A stretch of 63,907 nucleotides of DNA, the filler included, from Aduncisulcus paluster (taxonomy: Eukaryota), in assembly GCA_024181965.1 (NCBI GenBank). It is 8 parts of 8 records of this genome, joined end to end, with 100 filler letters (N's around TTAATTAATTAA, not from the genome) between each part and the next. Parts side by side here need not be neighbours in the genome. Positions count along the whole stretch, not along the records: positions 50,804 to 60,168 come from BQXS01011065.1; positions 60,269 to 63,907 come from BQXS01011141.1; 6 more parts are not named here. One strand, given 5' to 3'. Made by a program: the position numbers and the translations under genes. This document shows positions 52,880 through 63,200 of the stretch, in pieces. Within the stretch, counting starts at the first letter, position 1. Each line of letters starts with the position of its first letter. The notes beneath the pieces were generated by a model that ran no database searches, was not told the origin of the DNA, and saw only the letters and a program-made list of their open reading frames with translations.

Positions 52880-55753
52880 TTAAACGGCAGAATCTTTAAC
52901 TTGATCTAAAGCGAATTGATAGAGTTCACCCTTAGTCTTGAAATTATGTTGAATATGTTTGGATCTTAGTCCCTTGAAGAAATAGGAAACGTTTGACATA
53001 CCGCTGTTAACAGCCATTGAATTGAATGGATTAAACTCCTTACCATCCTCCCCATAGAGCCACCACTGGCTATTTATAGATTCTTTCTCATAAATGGTCA
53101 ATCCTTCCGATATATGTTTCATTTGGTTGTGCAAAGTCGAGATATGACAATGCGAAAAGATTGGACCAAGAATAAGGAAAAGGATGGTAAGATACCGTTT
53201 TTGATCCAAGAGAGCCGAAAAGCATGCGACAACTCCAATTTCATCGTCATCTCCGACATAATCGACCATAAGACCTGCGTAGCTTGGAAAGGCAAACACA
53301 ACAATGTATACTGCGATGGAAGTGAGAGTGAGTAGAACAGAGCCAACAATGAGGAAAACGACGTATATTACATGGTTAGATGCTCCAATATCACTGTTTA
53401 TCCAGTTACAATGATGGTCAAACCCAGCCACACATCTATTACACTTCTGACAATGGTGGGAACGGGCTGAAATGTAAGAGTCACATCCCTTAGTGCACAG
53501 AGAAGCGTGATGGCCACACGTGCATGGATCCCCGGAACAACAGCACTCAGTAGATGCATTCGGATGCTTTGAACTCTCTTGAACAGCAGATACAAGAGTA
53601 TCCAATATGCTTGGTCGTCTGCTTGGTACCATAGAAGCACACTTAACGGGTATTCTTGAGGTAGGAGTTATTGACGGGGTGAAAGGAGACACTGCAGACT
53701 TCATAGAGGTACCAGGAGATGAAGATCCGACGATGGAAGATACCTTGGAGAGAGAAGAAGTCACAATGTCAGAAGGGAAAGCTACAATAATCTCCTCTCC
53801 AGTCATAATAGTGGCACTCTCAGTGTCAGGATCAATGGGAACACATCCAGATACCTTACGATTGGCAAGAACAATATATAATATGAGTAAAATAAGTCCA
53901 GAGACAGCTATAGAACCCCCAACAATATAGGCCAAGAGAGACGACTCATCTGTTTTCTTGGAAGCACTCAAGATAAAATCAGCCACTCCACACAAAATCA
54001 TAAGAAACAAGAGGAGGAATGAAAGGAAAATCAACCAGTGCCCACCACCACGAGAACAGGTCGTGTTCTTACGTTCCCAGCGTGAAATGAGCTCAGCAAT
54101 CTCCGTATGACCCTTGTTGCTTGCTATCTTGGCGGCAGTGTTATGGCGAGCATCAGTAGCCACGATCTGAGTCAACGACATGTGGGAGAGCAGACCACAG
54201 ACAGTGGCAGAATCTCCACTACTCGCGGCCCAATGGAGAGGAGTGCAGCCAAACGAATCCTTCGCGGCGATACAGCTTCCGACTCTACGTAAAGAGGCTA
54301 CAACATCACTATGACCGAGTTTAGCAGCCCAATGTATAGGAATGAGCCCCTTGGCATCCTTGATGGAGATAACCTGCATTGGAAGAGGCCTGGACCCCGT
54401 AGCAGTATCCATAGAATCCTCACAAGCATGGGCATGAGAAAGACGGAGAATAGCATCGATTCCAGGTCTAAATGAACACTGACAGGCGATATGAAGTGGA
54501 GTAAAACGTTGTCCGGCCTCAGTTGTACCACCTTTATATAATAGAAGACGTCTGACACTCTTGGCAAGGGATAATTTCTTGAGGGAAGCGTATTTCTCAG
54601 CAATCAACATGAAACTCTTTTCAACATCATGGGAAGAGGCTTCAACTGCCCCAATAAACAAAGCATGGACAGGAATAAAGCTCTCAGTATCAAGAGAAGT
54701 CATAAGACTGGGAGATATCTTCAAGAGAAGCTCAATGACGGGAGGGATCACCACTATACAGGCACGGTGGAGATAAGTATGACCAGACGAAGGATGACGC
54801 CATGAATTAATCAATTTAGAATCCATTGACGCCATTATTATGGCAGATACAGATAAATGACGCTTAGCAATGGCGAGGGAGAGAGGAGTTTCACCTTTAG
54901 AATTTTCAATAGCTGGATCAGCACCGTACATGATCAAGAAATGAACTAAATCATGGAAACCCTTAGCTGAGGCAATATGTAGGGGTGTGTTATTGGATGA
55001 AGTACGGGCATTAACATCGGAATTGGGATGAGAAATAATTTTTTCCAGGAGAAGTTGGAGACCATTTTCAACATCATGGGAAGAGGCTTCAACTGCCCCA
55101 ATAAACAAAGCATGGACAGGAATAAAGCTCTCAGTATCAAGAGAAGTCATAAGACTGGGAGATATCTTCAAGAGAAGCTCAATGACGGGAGGGATCACCA
55201 CTATACAGGCACGGTGGAGATAAGTATGACCAGACGAAGGATGACGCCATGAATTAATCAATTTAGAATCCATTGACGCCATTATTATGGCAGATACAGA
55301 TAAATGACGCTTAGCAATGGCGAGGGAGAGAGGAGTTTCACCTTTAGAATTTTCAATAGCTGGATCAGCACCGTACATGATCAAGAAATGAACTAAATCA
55401 TGGAAACCCTTAGCTGAGGCAATATGTAGGGGTGTGTTATTGGATGAAGTACGGGCATTAACATCGGAATTGGGATGAGAAATAATTTTTTCCAGGAGAA
55501 GTTGGAGACCATTTTCAACAGCATAATGGATCGGCAACTTTCCCATTGTATCACGTGTTGTGATATATTGTGGCTGTTTCTCACAGAGGAGCGACACTTT
55601 CTGATACTCTCCAGAGACAATGGCATCGGACAAAGGGTTTGAGGATGCGATAACTGCAGTATATTTGTTAATACATTTGAGATTATGAAAACATTTTTCA
55701 TTGTATGATGTGATCATACCCTTCAGATCATGATCTTGTAACTCTACTGACAT
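52880..55753 (-). CDS. ankyrin-repeat DHHC palmitoyltransferase (Akr1/ZDHHC17-like)
   Basis: Ankyrin repeats (NTPLHIAS, CTPLHWAA), TM helices and RSHHCQKCNRCVAGFDHHCNWINSDIGASNH. Confidence 0.95.
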   Translation of the reverse strand: MSVELQDHDLKGMITSYNEKCFHNLKCINKYTAVIASSNPLSDAIVSGEYQKVSLLCEKQPQYITTRDTMGKLPIHYAVENGLQLLLEKIISHPNSDVNARTSSNNTPLHIASAKGFHDLVHFLIMYGADPAIENSKGETPLSLAIAKRHLSVSAIIMASMDSKLINSWRHPSSGHTYLHRACIVVIPPVIELLLKISPSLMTSLDTESFIPVHALFIGAVEASSHDVENGLQLLLEKIISHPNSDVNARTSSNNTPLHIASAKGFHDLVHFLIMYGADPAIENSKGETPLSLAIAKRHLSVSAIIMASMDSKLINSWRHPSSGHTYLHRACIVVIPPVIELLLKISPSLMTSLDTESFIPVHALFIGAVEASSHDVEKSFMLIAEKYASLKKLSLAKSVRRLLLYKGGTTEAGQRFTPLHIACQCSFRPGIDAILRLSHAHACEDSMDTATGSRPLPMQVISIKDAKGLIPIHWAAKLGHSDVVASLRRVGSCIAAKDSFGCTPLHWAASSGDSATVCGLLSHMSLTQIVATDARHNTAAKIASNKGHTEIAELISRWERKNTTCSRGGGHWLIFLSFLLLFLMILCGVADFILSASKKTDESSLLAYIVGGSIAVSGLILLILYIVLANRKVSGCVPIDPDTESATIMTGEEIIVAFPSDIVTSSLSKVSSIVGSSSPGTSMKSAVSPFTPSITPTSRIPVKCASMVPSRRPSILDTLVSAVQESSKHPNASTECCCSGDPCTCGHHASLCTKGCDSYISARSHHCQKCNRCVAGFDHHCNWINSDIGASNHVIYVVFLIVGSVLLTLTSIAVYIVVFAFPSYAGLMVDYVGDDDEIGVVACFSALLDQKRYLTILFLILGPIFSHCHISTLHNQMKHISEGLTIYEKESINSQWWLYGEDGKEFNPFNSMAVNSGMSNVSYFFKGLRSKHIQHNFKTKGELYQFALDQVKDSAV
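54618..55520 (-). repeat. exact 447-nt (149-aa) tandem duplication within the ankyrin region
   Basis: 54618-55064 appears identical to 55065-55511; TTTTCAACA microhomology at the boundaries. Confidence 0.95.
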
Positions 55754-56655
55754 TAAGTATTGTATTCGGATAACAACAACAATATAAAATCAATTATAAG
55801 AAAGATAAGAGCAAAATCTGTCGATCTTATACCGCAATAAGCAAAAAAAACCCTAAATACCAAGTTTCGTGGTAATTCTGGATCCTAGCCTCCCTGAGTT
55901 GAACAACTCTGAACGTGATGAGGTGAGTATTCACGAGGTTCAAGGAATAATTTCACAATTAAATAACATTTAGCATCGTTTTCTCCCCAATAAAAATTAT
56001 TGTTATGAGTATTTGGCTGATTTTAAATTTCAAATTTAAAAGTTACTTTTGGCCGCTAGAACAACATCAAGATCCAAATCTCTCAATCAAGCGGTAAATT
56101 TTCTGAGTTTTCTATTATATTTGATGTTAACAGTTTATTTTTATGAAGAAGATTGTGGCACTGGCTTTGGAAAAGATTAAATCCTGGAGATATGTATCCT
56201 CTCAATAACCTTATCTTTACATTTTATCGATAAATAACATTTAGATTGGTTCAATCCATTTGAATCTCTGCTACAAGAACAAAACAACTACATATTCGGT
56301 GAGTACTACATATCAATTTCTGAACCTGGGATAATGAAATATTTTCGTTTCTACAATGTTATTTCTTCACTTATTATCAACTCCAATCAAATGATATCGA
56401 TATTATTTTCATTCGATATATCTAACAATATTATATCATCAATTAATGTCGAAATCAATCCGTATGCTGGCATTTTAAAAGTTAATTTAAGATTATTTAA
56501 ATTATATATTTATTTCTAGAAGGGATTCGGAGTTTCTGAACCATTACAGGCTCCCTTTCTGAAATATTAAAAAAACACTATTTAGTGAGACCATCAGGAG
56601 AATCTATTTCGTCAATGAATACGCAATAAAGCTACCCTCACAATTCAGCGGAGGA

Positions 56656-57084
56656 TTATATGATTTTAGATACGGCATCAGAAGCTTTATGAACGGGGAT
56701 GATATTGAGAGAAGAATCTGGAATCTTGGAAGCTCCAACAAGTATATCCTTTTTAACCCACCTGTGAAGTTCTTTTGCAGACTCGAAAACACCTGTTATA
56801 TGAGCAGTAGCTTCAACTTGACGAGCAACAGCAGTAACACCAATAATGGTCTCAACAAAAAGGAAATTCTCGATAGGAAATCCTAATTTAACAATATCCA
56901 ATGAGGTAAGGGTTTTTCTAGCTAAATCCTCGTCTTCATCAGTCTTCAGAAGAGTTATAATGTACAACTCAGTGGAACGATCGACCACAAGTGTATAAAG
57001 ACTTTCTAAAGTATCTTTATCGACCGTTGAAAAATCATCACCTCTGAATAAAAGATTATTTGTCACTAATGTTACGATAGGCAT
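56656..57084 (-). CDS. Pex22-like protein (soluble domain only)
   Basis: LYII...DEDE...LG..ENFLFVETIIGVTAVARQVEATAHI...E..KELHRWVK aligns by eye with recalled plant PEX22 LYLM...DESE...GG..DKVLFCSTEIGRTSFVRQLEPDWHI...EI..QLARFIK. Confidence 0.68.
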   Translation of the reverse strand: MPIVTLVTNNLLFRGDDFSTVDKDTLESLYTLVVDRSTELYIITLLKTDEDEDLARKTLTSLDIVKLGFPIENFLFVETIIGVTAVARQVEATAHITGVFESAKELHRWVKKDILVGASKIPDSSLNIIPVHKASDAVSKII

Positions 57085-57317
57085 GTTAGATGAAGAGCAA
57101 ACATCTGAAATAATACCTCCTGCCCGAAATACAATTTCTTCTCCACAAATATGATATTATGATTGAACCACACCTTTCTAGTGTGAATATCTTTGTTTTA
57201 TTTTTGGCGAGCTCCTGGATTTCATGACGCTTATTCGCGAGATTGGAAATTGACATTCTCTTTTCTGTCCAGTATCAACATTTCTTTATTTTTGAATCGG
57301 TTATTTTTTTATAAAAT

Positions 57318-60068
57318 ATGCAATTTAGGAAAATACAAGCGGGGAAACCCATTTGCAAGGACACCTGTTCATTTTGTTATCGAAATGCCTTTGATGGCTT
57401 ATTCATTAGTTTATATGATGATATCTGTGTCTGTTCTGAACATTTATCCACATATAGATCACTGAGACCCGGAGGTAAACTTTTTTTAAGACATAAGAAA
57501 ACTGAAATTGAAACCCCTCCATTGTCAACCCTTTCTGTCGGTGATCAGCCCGCAGATTTCATTGAACATTATTTCCTTTATGATATATCAACCGAATCCG
57601 AGACTGAAATCCCTTCTTCTGGGTTTTCTGAGATTTTAGAGGGTGTCATTGGTGGAAATATTGAATTGGCAAATACGATCGGATGTATTATGAATGCCAG
57701 AGATATCACATATACAGAAACTGTCCCATGGTGCATTGGAACATCTAAGCCCTGTGATCATACAAAAGCTGTTGTTAGTACTGTTCGTGCCGAGGCTGAA
57801 GCCATCGGTCTCGCAGCCCCCAATGAGACGCTTCAAATTGATAGAGAAACCGCCACCTGTGCCCATTGTGCCATGAATCAGAATCTCTGGGTATGTATTA
57901 CTTGTGGTCACATTGGATGTGGAAGACCATATTCTGATGGAAGTGGTGGACAAGGGCATGCCTTAGACCATTTCAGGGAGAGCGGCCACTCAGTAAGTGT
58001 TAAATTAGGCTCATTATGCCGTCATAACCCTCCAGACGTGTATTGTTATTCTTGTGATGATGAAGTTGCTTTGGACGATTTCCTTCCCCTTGACAAACTC
58101 GGTATCCACCCCAGAAGGTTTGAAGAGGCCACTGAACTCACTTTGATGGAACAGATGCTGAACAAGAACAGAGGTTTGTCATTCCAGAGCATCTTCGAAG
58201 GAGATAGTCTTGCTGGGAAAGTGTGTGAGCGAGGATTGTGTGGAATCAGGAATACAGGTAATACATGCTACGCTGCCTCCATATTCCAGGCCCTTCTTGG
58301 CTGTAACAAACATTTTAGGGAACACCTTAGTGTTGTTCACAAAGAAATGGAAGAACGGATGACTCACTCCATCATATCTCGTCGTGTGTACTCCCCAATT
58401 GAAGACCTTGAGGTTCAATTGCGTAGATTACTGAGTGGGATGAGTGGTTATGAATGTGTACCCCCAGCTGCCCACCCAACCCCTTCCCCTCTCATGAGTC
58501 AAGACCAAGGCAATGGAAACACTCCCCAGGAGACCCATCTTCCCACCCCCCATGATGAAGAAGAAGAGGAAGAACGTATCCATGCGCATTCGACCTCTGC
58601 TCACCATGTCCCCTCTTCCTCCTCCACCGTTCTCTCCTCCACGCATGAAGGCAGCCATCTAATGCGCAAATACCCACCTACCCTTGATCTCCGTGAGATA
58701 ATTCCCCTCGTTGCCCCATTGTTCTGTCAGGGTCAGGAGAGAGGAAGACAACAGGATGCACAAGAGTTCCTTCTGTTGGCCTCCGAGCGTATATGCACAA
58801 CTCTCTCGACAATCCCCGGCACTCATGATCTCATCTCCCTCTTCTCTTCCTTCTCGTATAAACAGCGTGACCGTGCTACGTGTTCATGTGGAGCTGTCTT
58901 GTGCCGCAGAGGCCGGGAAGGTGGTATTATCACCACAACCCGTGTAGAAGGAGCTTCTAACGCCCAACCACCATTAAACATCCTCATTGATGAGTTCTTT
59001 GGCGTCACCGATGGACCAGGTTCTGGAATATCAATGTCATGTCCTGTGTGCGGCGGGAGAGCTGATCATGTTCGACATGAGCTTGAGACCATTCCACAAA
59101 CATTGGTGGTATCCACTACAAGGTTTGGATTTGCTCCAGATTGGACTCCTCGTAAGCTCACTGACATGCTTGATGTTGATGAGTATCTTGACCTGACTCC
59201 CCACATCGCAAAAGAACTGACCAACACTGAGATTCTTCGTGATATTCTCCAGGGAGTCAAGGACACAGCTATCAAGGAAGGTGCCGGTGCTTCATCTTCC
59301 TTCGGAGCTGGTGCGCCTTCGAGTTGTGGACCCTCTCATCCTCCCGTGAAGCCAGAGGATCTCGAAACTCTTGTCTTGATGGGCTTTGATAGATCTCGGG
59401 CCAGAAATGCTCTTATTGCCTGTAATAATAACATTGCCAATGCTTCTGACATGCTATTGTCCGGCGCACCCATTCCTGAACCGCCTTCAGCCGGCCATAC
59501 GTTTATGACCGGTGGATCCTTCAACCCCGTTGATATCACTGATCCCAACATAATTCAGATGGTTGGCATTGGTCTTGACCCCCTGAAGTCTGCCTATTCG
59601 TTGTTTATTTGCGGCAACAATGTGGAGGCAGCCATTTCAAAGATATTTGATTCCCCTGGTATGGTCATCCCAGAAGATTTCAAGAAGGGAATTATGCCTG
59701 GTCAGCCCAATTGGGCTCAAAATAAGGCTGCCATTGAAGGACAGGCCATCGGAATGAGTTTGGGTGGAGCTCACGGAATGGGTTTGTCACCCATGAGTGA
59801 GAAAGTTGCTGAGATTGATGGATTGATTGAAGGATTATCTGCAGAGGGTTTGCCACCACGCTCTGCCTCGGCTATTTATAGATTACGAGCTCTTGTTACT
59901 CACCGTGGACCCTCAGCTAACAGTGGTCATTATGTTGCGCATGTGTTGAAAAAGATTGCCGGAGAAGAGAAATGGATCATTTATAACGATGTTAAGGTCG
60001 GGATAGCAGCTGAAGTACCCGTTCCATTGGCTTATATGTACTTCTATGAATTAGTGGAGGAGGAATAA
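57318..60068 (+). CDS. USP5: ubiquitin carboxyl-terminal hydrolase USP5/USP13/Ubp14 (isopeptidase T)
   Basis: ZnF-UBP (NLWVCITCGHIGCGR...GHALDHF...DVYCYSCD), Cys box GIRNTGNTCY, QQDAQEF, two UBA-like inserts (LVLMGFDRSRARNAL), His box HRGPSANSGHYVAHV. Confidence 0.93.
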   Translation: MQFRKIQAGKPICKDTCSFCYRNAFDGLFISLYDDICVCSEHLSTYRSLRPGGKLFLRHKKTEIETPPLSTLSVGDQPADFIEHYFLYDISTESETEIPSSGFSEILEGVIGGNIELANTIGCIMNARDITYTETVPWCIGTSKPCDHTKAVVSTVRAEAEAIGLAAPNETLQIDRETATCAHCAMNQNLWVCITCGHIGCGRPYSDGSGGQGHALDHFRESGHSVSVKLGSLCRHNPPDVYCYSCDDEVALDDFLPLDKLGIHPRRFEEATELTLMEQMLNKNRGLSFQSIFEGDSLAGKVCERGLCGIRNTGNTCYAASIFQALLGCNKHFREHLSVVHKEMEERMTHSIISRRVYSPIEDLEVQLRRLLSGMSGYECVPPAAHPTPSPLMSQDQGNGNTPQETHLPTPHDEEEEEERIHAHSTSAHHVPSSSSTVLSSTHEGSHLMRKYPPTLDLREIIPLVAPLFCQGQERGRQQDAQEFLLLASERICTTLSTIPGTHDLISLFSSFSYKQRDRATCSCGAVLCRRGREGGIITTTRVEGASNAQPPLNILIDEFFGVTDGPGSGISMSCPVCGGRADHVRHELETIPQTLVVSTTRFGFAPDWTPRKLTDMLDVDEYLDLTPHIAKELTNTEILRDILQGVKDTAIKEGAGASSSFGAGAPSSCGPSHPPVKPEDLETLVLMGFDRSRARNALIACNNNIANASDMLLSGAPIPEPPSAGHTFMTGGSFNPVDITDPNIIQMVGIGLDPLKSAYSLFICGNNVEAAISKIFDSPGMVIPEDFKKGIMPGQPNWAQNKAAIEGQAIGMSLGGAHGMGLSPMSEKVAEIDGLIEGLSAEGLPPRSASAIYRLRALVTHRGPSANSGHYVAHVLKKIAGEEKWIIYNDVKVGIAAEVPVPLAYMYFYELVEEE

Positions 60069-60268
60069 GTTTTTTAGTATTCAATTCAGACTCTGAATAA
60101 TATTTATTGACAATAAATCAAAAATTGGCAATGGATCGGCAACTTTCCCATTGTATCACGTGTTGTGANNNNNNNNNNNNNNNNNNNNNNNNNNNNNNNN
60201 NNNNNNNNNNNNTTAATTAATTAANNNNNNNNNNNNNNNNNNNNNNNNNNNNNNNNNNNNNNNNNNNN

Positions 60269-63200
60269 CAGCGAAGGAAGCAGTGCTAGAACATTGGCAG
60301 ACCTGGGAGGAAGACGTGACAACCGAGAGGTTCGTAAAGTACGACTTCAGAGTGGACACGACATTGTTGATGTCACAAATATCATTGTCAGCCACGCTCA
60401 GAGAGGTCAGACCTGAGCTTGGGAAGATTGCATCAGTGATCAGCACAGAAATGTCGGAGATGGAATTGTCATCAAGTGTGAGAGAAGTCAACGTGTCCAC
60501 AGGGAACGCATCGGGAACAGAAAGGATCGATACATCAGACAAAGATCCAGCCAAGGAAAGAGTCGTCAAGTCCAAGAGGAATGCGAAGGACACAGATGCA
60601 TCAACAGATACACCATCCATGTACAGCTCGACCAAGGAGGATGGCAACTTGCTGACATCGGTGATGGACGTACATCCACTGATGTCAAGCGATTGCAGAG
60701 ACGATGGGAACACGTCAGAGGACGAGATCGTGAAGGACGTGTTGTCAACAACGGAAAGGGTATCCAACAACGTGAAAGAGCTGAAGTCAACATCTCCAGA
60801 TAAGCCAACATCATCCATCGAGAGTTCAACAAGCCCAACAGGGAGCACAGATGGATCGGTGACAAGGGTGTTGCTAACATCGAGAGAGGTCAGTGATGCA
60901 GGGAGAAGACCGGAGGATGAGAAGGTGAACACAGAGTTGTCTCGCAGAGAAAGGTGGGTGAGTGAAGTAAGAGAGGAGAAGTCAGTCTCAGCAGAAATGC
61001 CTGCATTGTCGACAATTGAAAGCTCAGTAACACCTGAAGGAAGTTGGGATATCTGAGTTGTGTCAAATCCAACACCATTGCTTCCATAGATCGATAACGT
61101 GTCAAGATTGGTTGCATAATCAAGACCTGCAAACGATTCAACGTCGTACACTATCAATGACTCTAGCGAAGCCACATCTGATGTTGTAAGGTTTTCACAA
61201 GTGTATACGGAGTAACCAAGAGTGAAACAAATTGTCTCCTTCAGTGTGGTGTCATCCAATGGAACATATTCACAGGCATCACCATATACATCTCCAACAC
61301 ATGTGCATGTATGTAGAGACTCATCACAAGTTCCATATGACCCGTTGCATACCTCACCATTCTCAGATATAGGACAAGTCTTATCACAGAGATCTCCAAA
61401 GAAACTCTGAGAACAAGCATCTCCACATTCAACTCCTTCAACGCCCATAATACACATCACATCAAGAGAACTTTCACATGTTGCACACAAGAGAGAGTTG
61501 CTTATCTCGACAGAAGGATCAGTGACACACACTCCAGCTTTCTCACCATATCCGACTGGACAAGCCTTAACACAGGTATTCGTGTTCTTATCCAAGTAAT
61601 ACCCATTCCAACACTCAACTTGGTACAATCCATCACTCCTGATACGGCATGTCTTGTGGTCTGTAAAGTCGAACGATTCCTCACACATGCATGTGTTGCT
61701 TGAGGCAGATAATCCAACAAAGGTTGCATTGGGATATATCAACTGAAGTTCTGCAGCGACACCATCAACATCACAGATCAAGTTATCGGACAAATCAAGA
61801 CTTGTGAGAATGTCTGAAGCTGGTAAAAAGTCACCGGTGATCAGTAGAGAAATGTCATATATAGCGTTGTTAGCAATATTCAAAGAAGTTAATGATGCCA
61901 TTGGGAAGACATTGGAGGAAGAGAGAATGGACAGATCATTTAGAGATGCATTGAGAGATAGAGATGAAAGATTCAGAAGATAGGCGAAGGAAGTTGCAGC
62001 TGGAACAGCAATATCATCCAAGAATAATGCCATCAAAGATGATGGGAATTTAATTGATTCAGAGAAACCTGAACATCCTGAAAGATCCAGCGAAAGAATA
62101 TTGGTTGGGAAAATGGACGGAGAGAAAGAGGCTTTCTTTTCAAGAACAAACTTCACCACAAGACTAAATCCAAGCATCTCAGAAATAATATTCAAGTTCA
62201 TATTTTGAAGTATCAGAGTATGTACAGATGATGGTAATTCATCTATATCCTGGCTCCCAAGCGTAGTGGCTTCATTAACACTTCCATCAATGGAGAAATA
62301 CTCGAGATTTGTAGCTTTCGAGATTCCAACAAAGGAATCGACATCTGATGCTTCGATACTCACAACAGTGAGCAATTCTTCTGGAATAATGTCATCGCAA
62401 GAGGAATCATGATCAAGTGCAAGACATATAACAGAACGAAGGTTATCATCCTCAATAGTGACATATTGACATACATCACCATGGTAGCCATCAACACATG
62501 AACAAGAGTGAGTGTCGGTATCACAAGACCCAAAGTCACTTCCACCACATAATTCACCATCACTATTAAAGGGACACTGAGAGGCACAATCATCGCCATA
62601 CCAAGTATCAGAACAAACACATGAATGCTTCTTGGTGTTACAAGTACCATGATCAGCTCCACTGCAGATCTCATCGTCAACAACAGGACAGGCAGAGGCA
62701 CAATCTGAACCATACCAACTATTCTCACAAACACATTTATGATCTTCAACGTCGCAAGATCCCTGAGATTCTCCGCTGCAAACATTATCATCAGCAATTG
62801 GACATTCAGAAGAACAATCATCGCCATACCAGTCAGAATCACACTCACAAACATGCTCGCTATCATTACACTCACCGTATCCACTGCAAACAAAGAGATT
62901 GTCTCCAATGGGACAGGCAATAAGACAATCATCACCATACCAAGTATCGTCACAAACACAAACAATATCTTCATTTTCATCCTCAACACACACTTCATTG
63001 ATTCCACATGCACAATCCTCAATAGAGGTCGGAACACAATACAAACCTTTAGCTTTGTAAGCAGATTCAAAACACAAACAAGTATGATCATCCTGACACG
63101 TTCCACCAGTTCCACAGCTATATCCATCCGGTCCAAGTGGACAAAGCTCAGTACAATCGTCGCCATAATAAGTGTCGGGACACGCAGCACCACAGATGAT

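Noticed and set aside
55915-56020. Possible C/D-box snoRNA (GTGATGA ... CTGA)
   Set aside because: No terminal stem or recognisable rRNA guide; expected by chance.
57086-57256. Short minus-strand uORF ending just before the Pex22-like ATG, considered as the missing TM anchor
   Set aside because: Different frame, no TM helix, no convincing splice or frameshift signal.
5049-60268. Recurrent TTAATTAATTAA palindrome and apparent gene neighbourhoods across it
   Set aside because: Artificial all-frame-stop spacer flanked by N; genes on either side are not linked.
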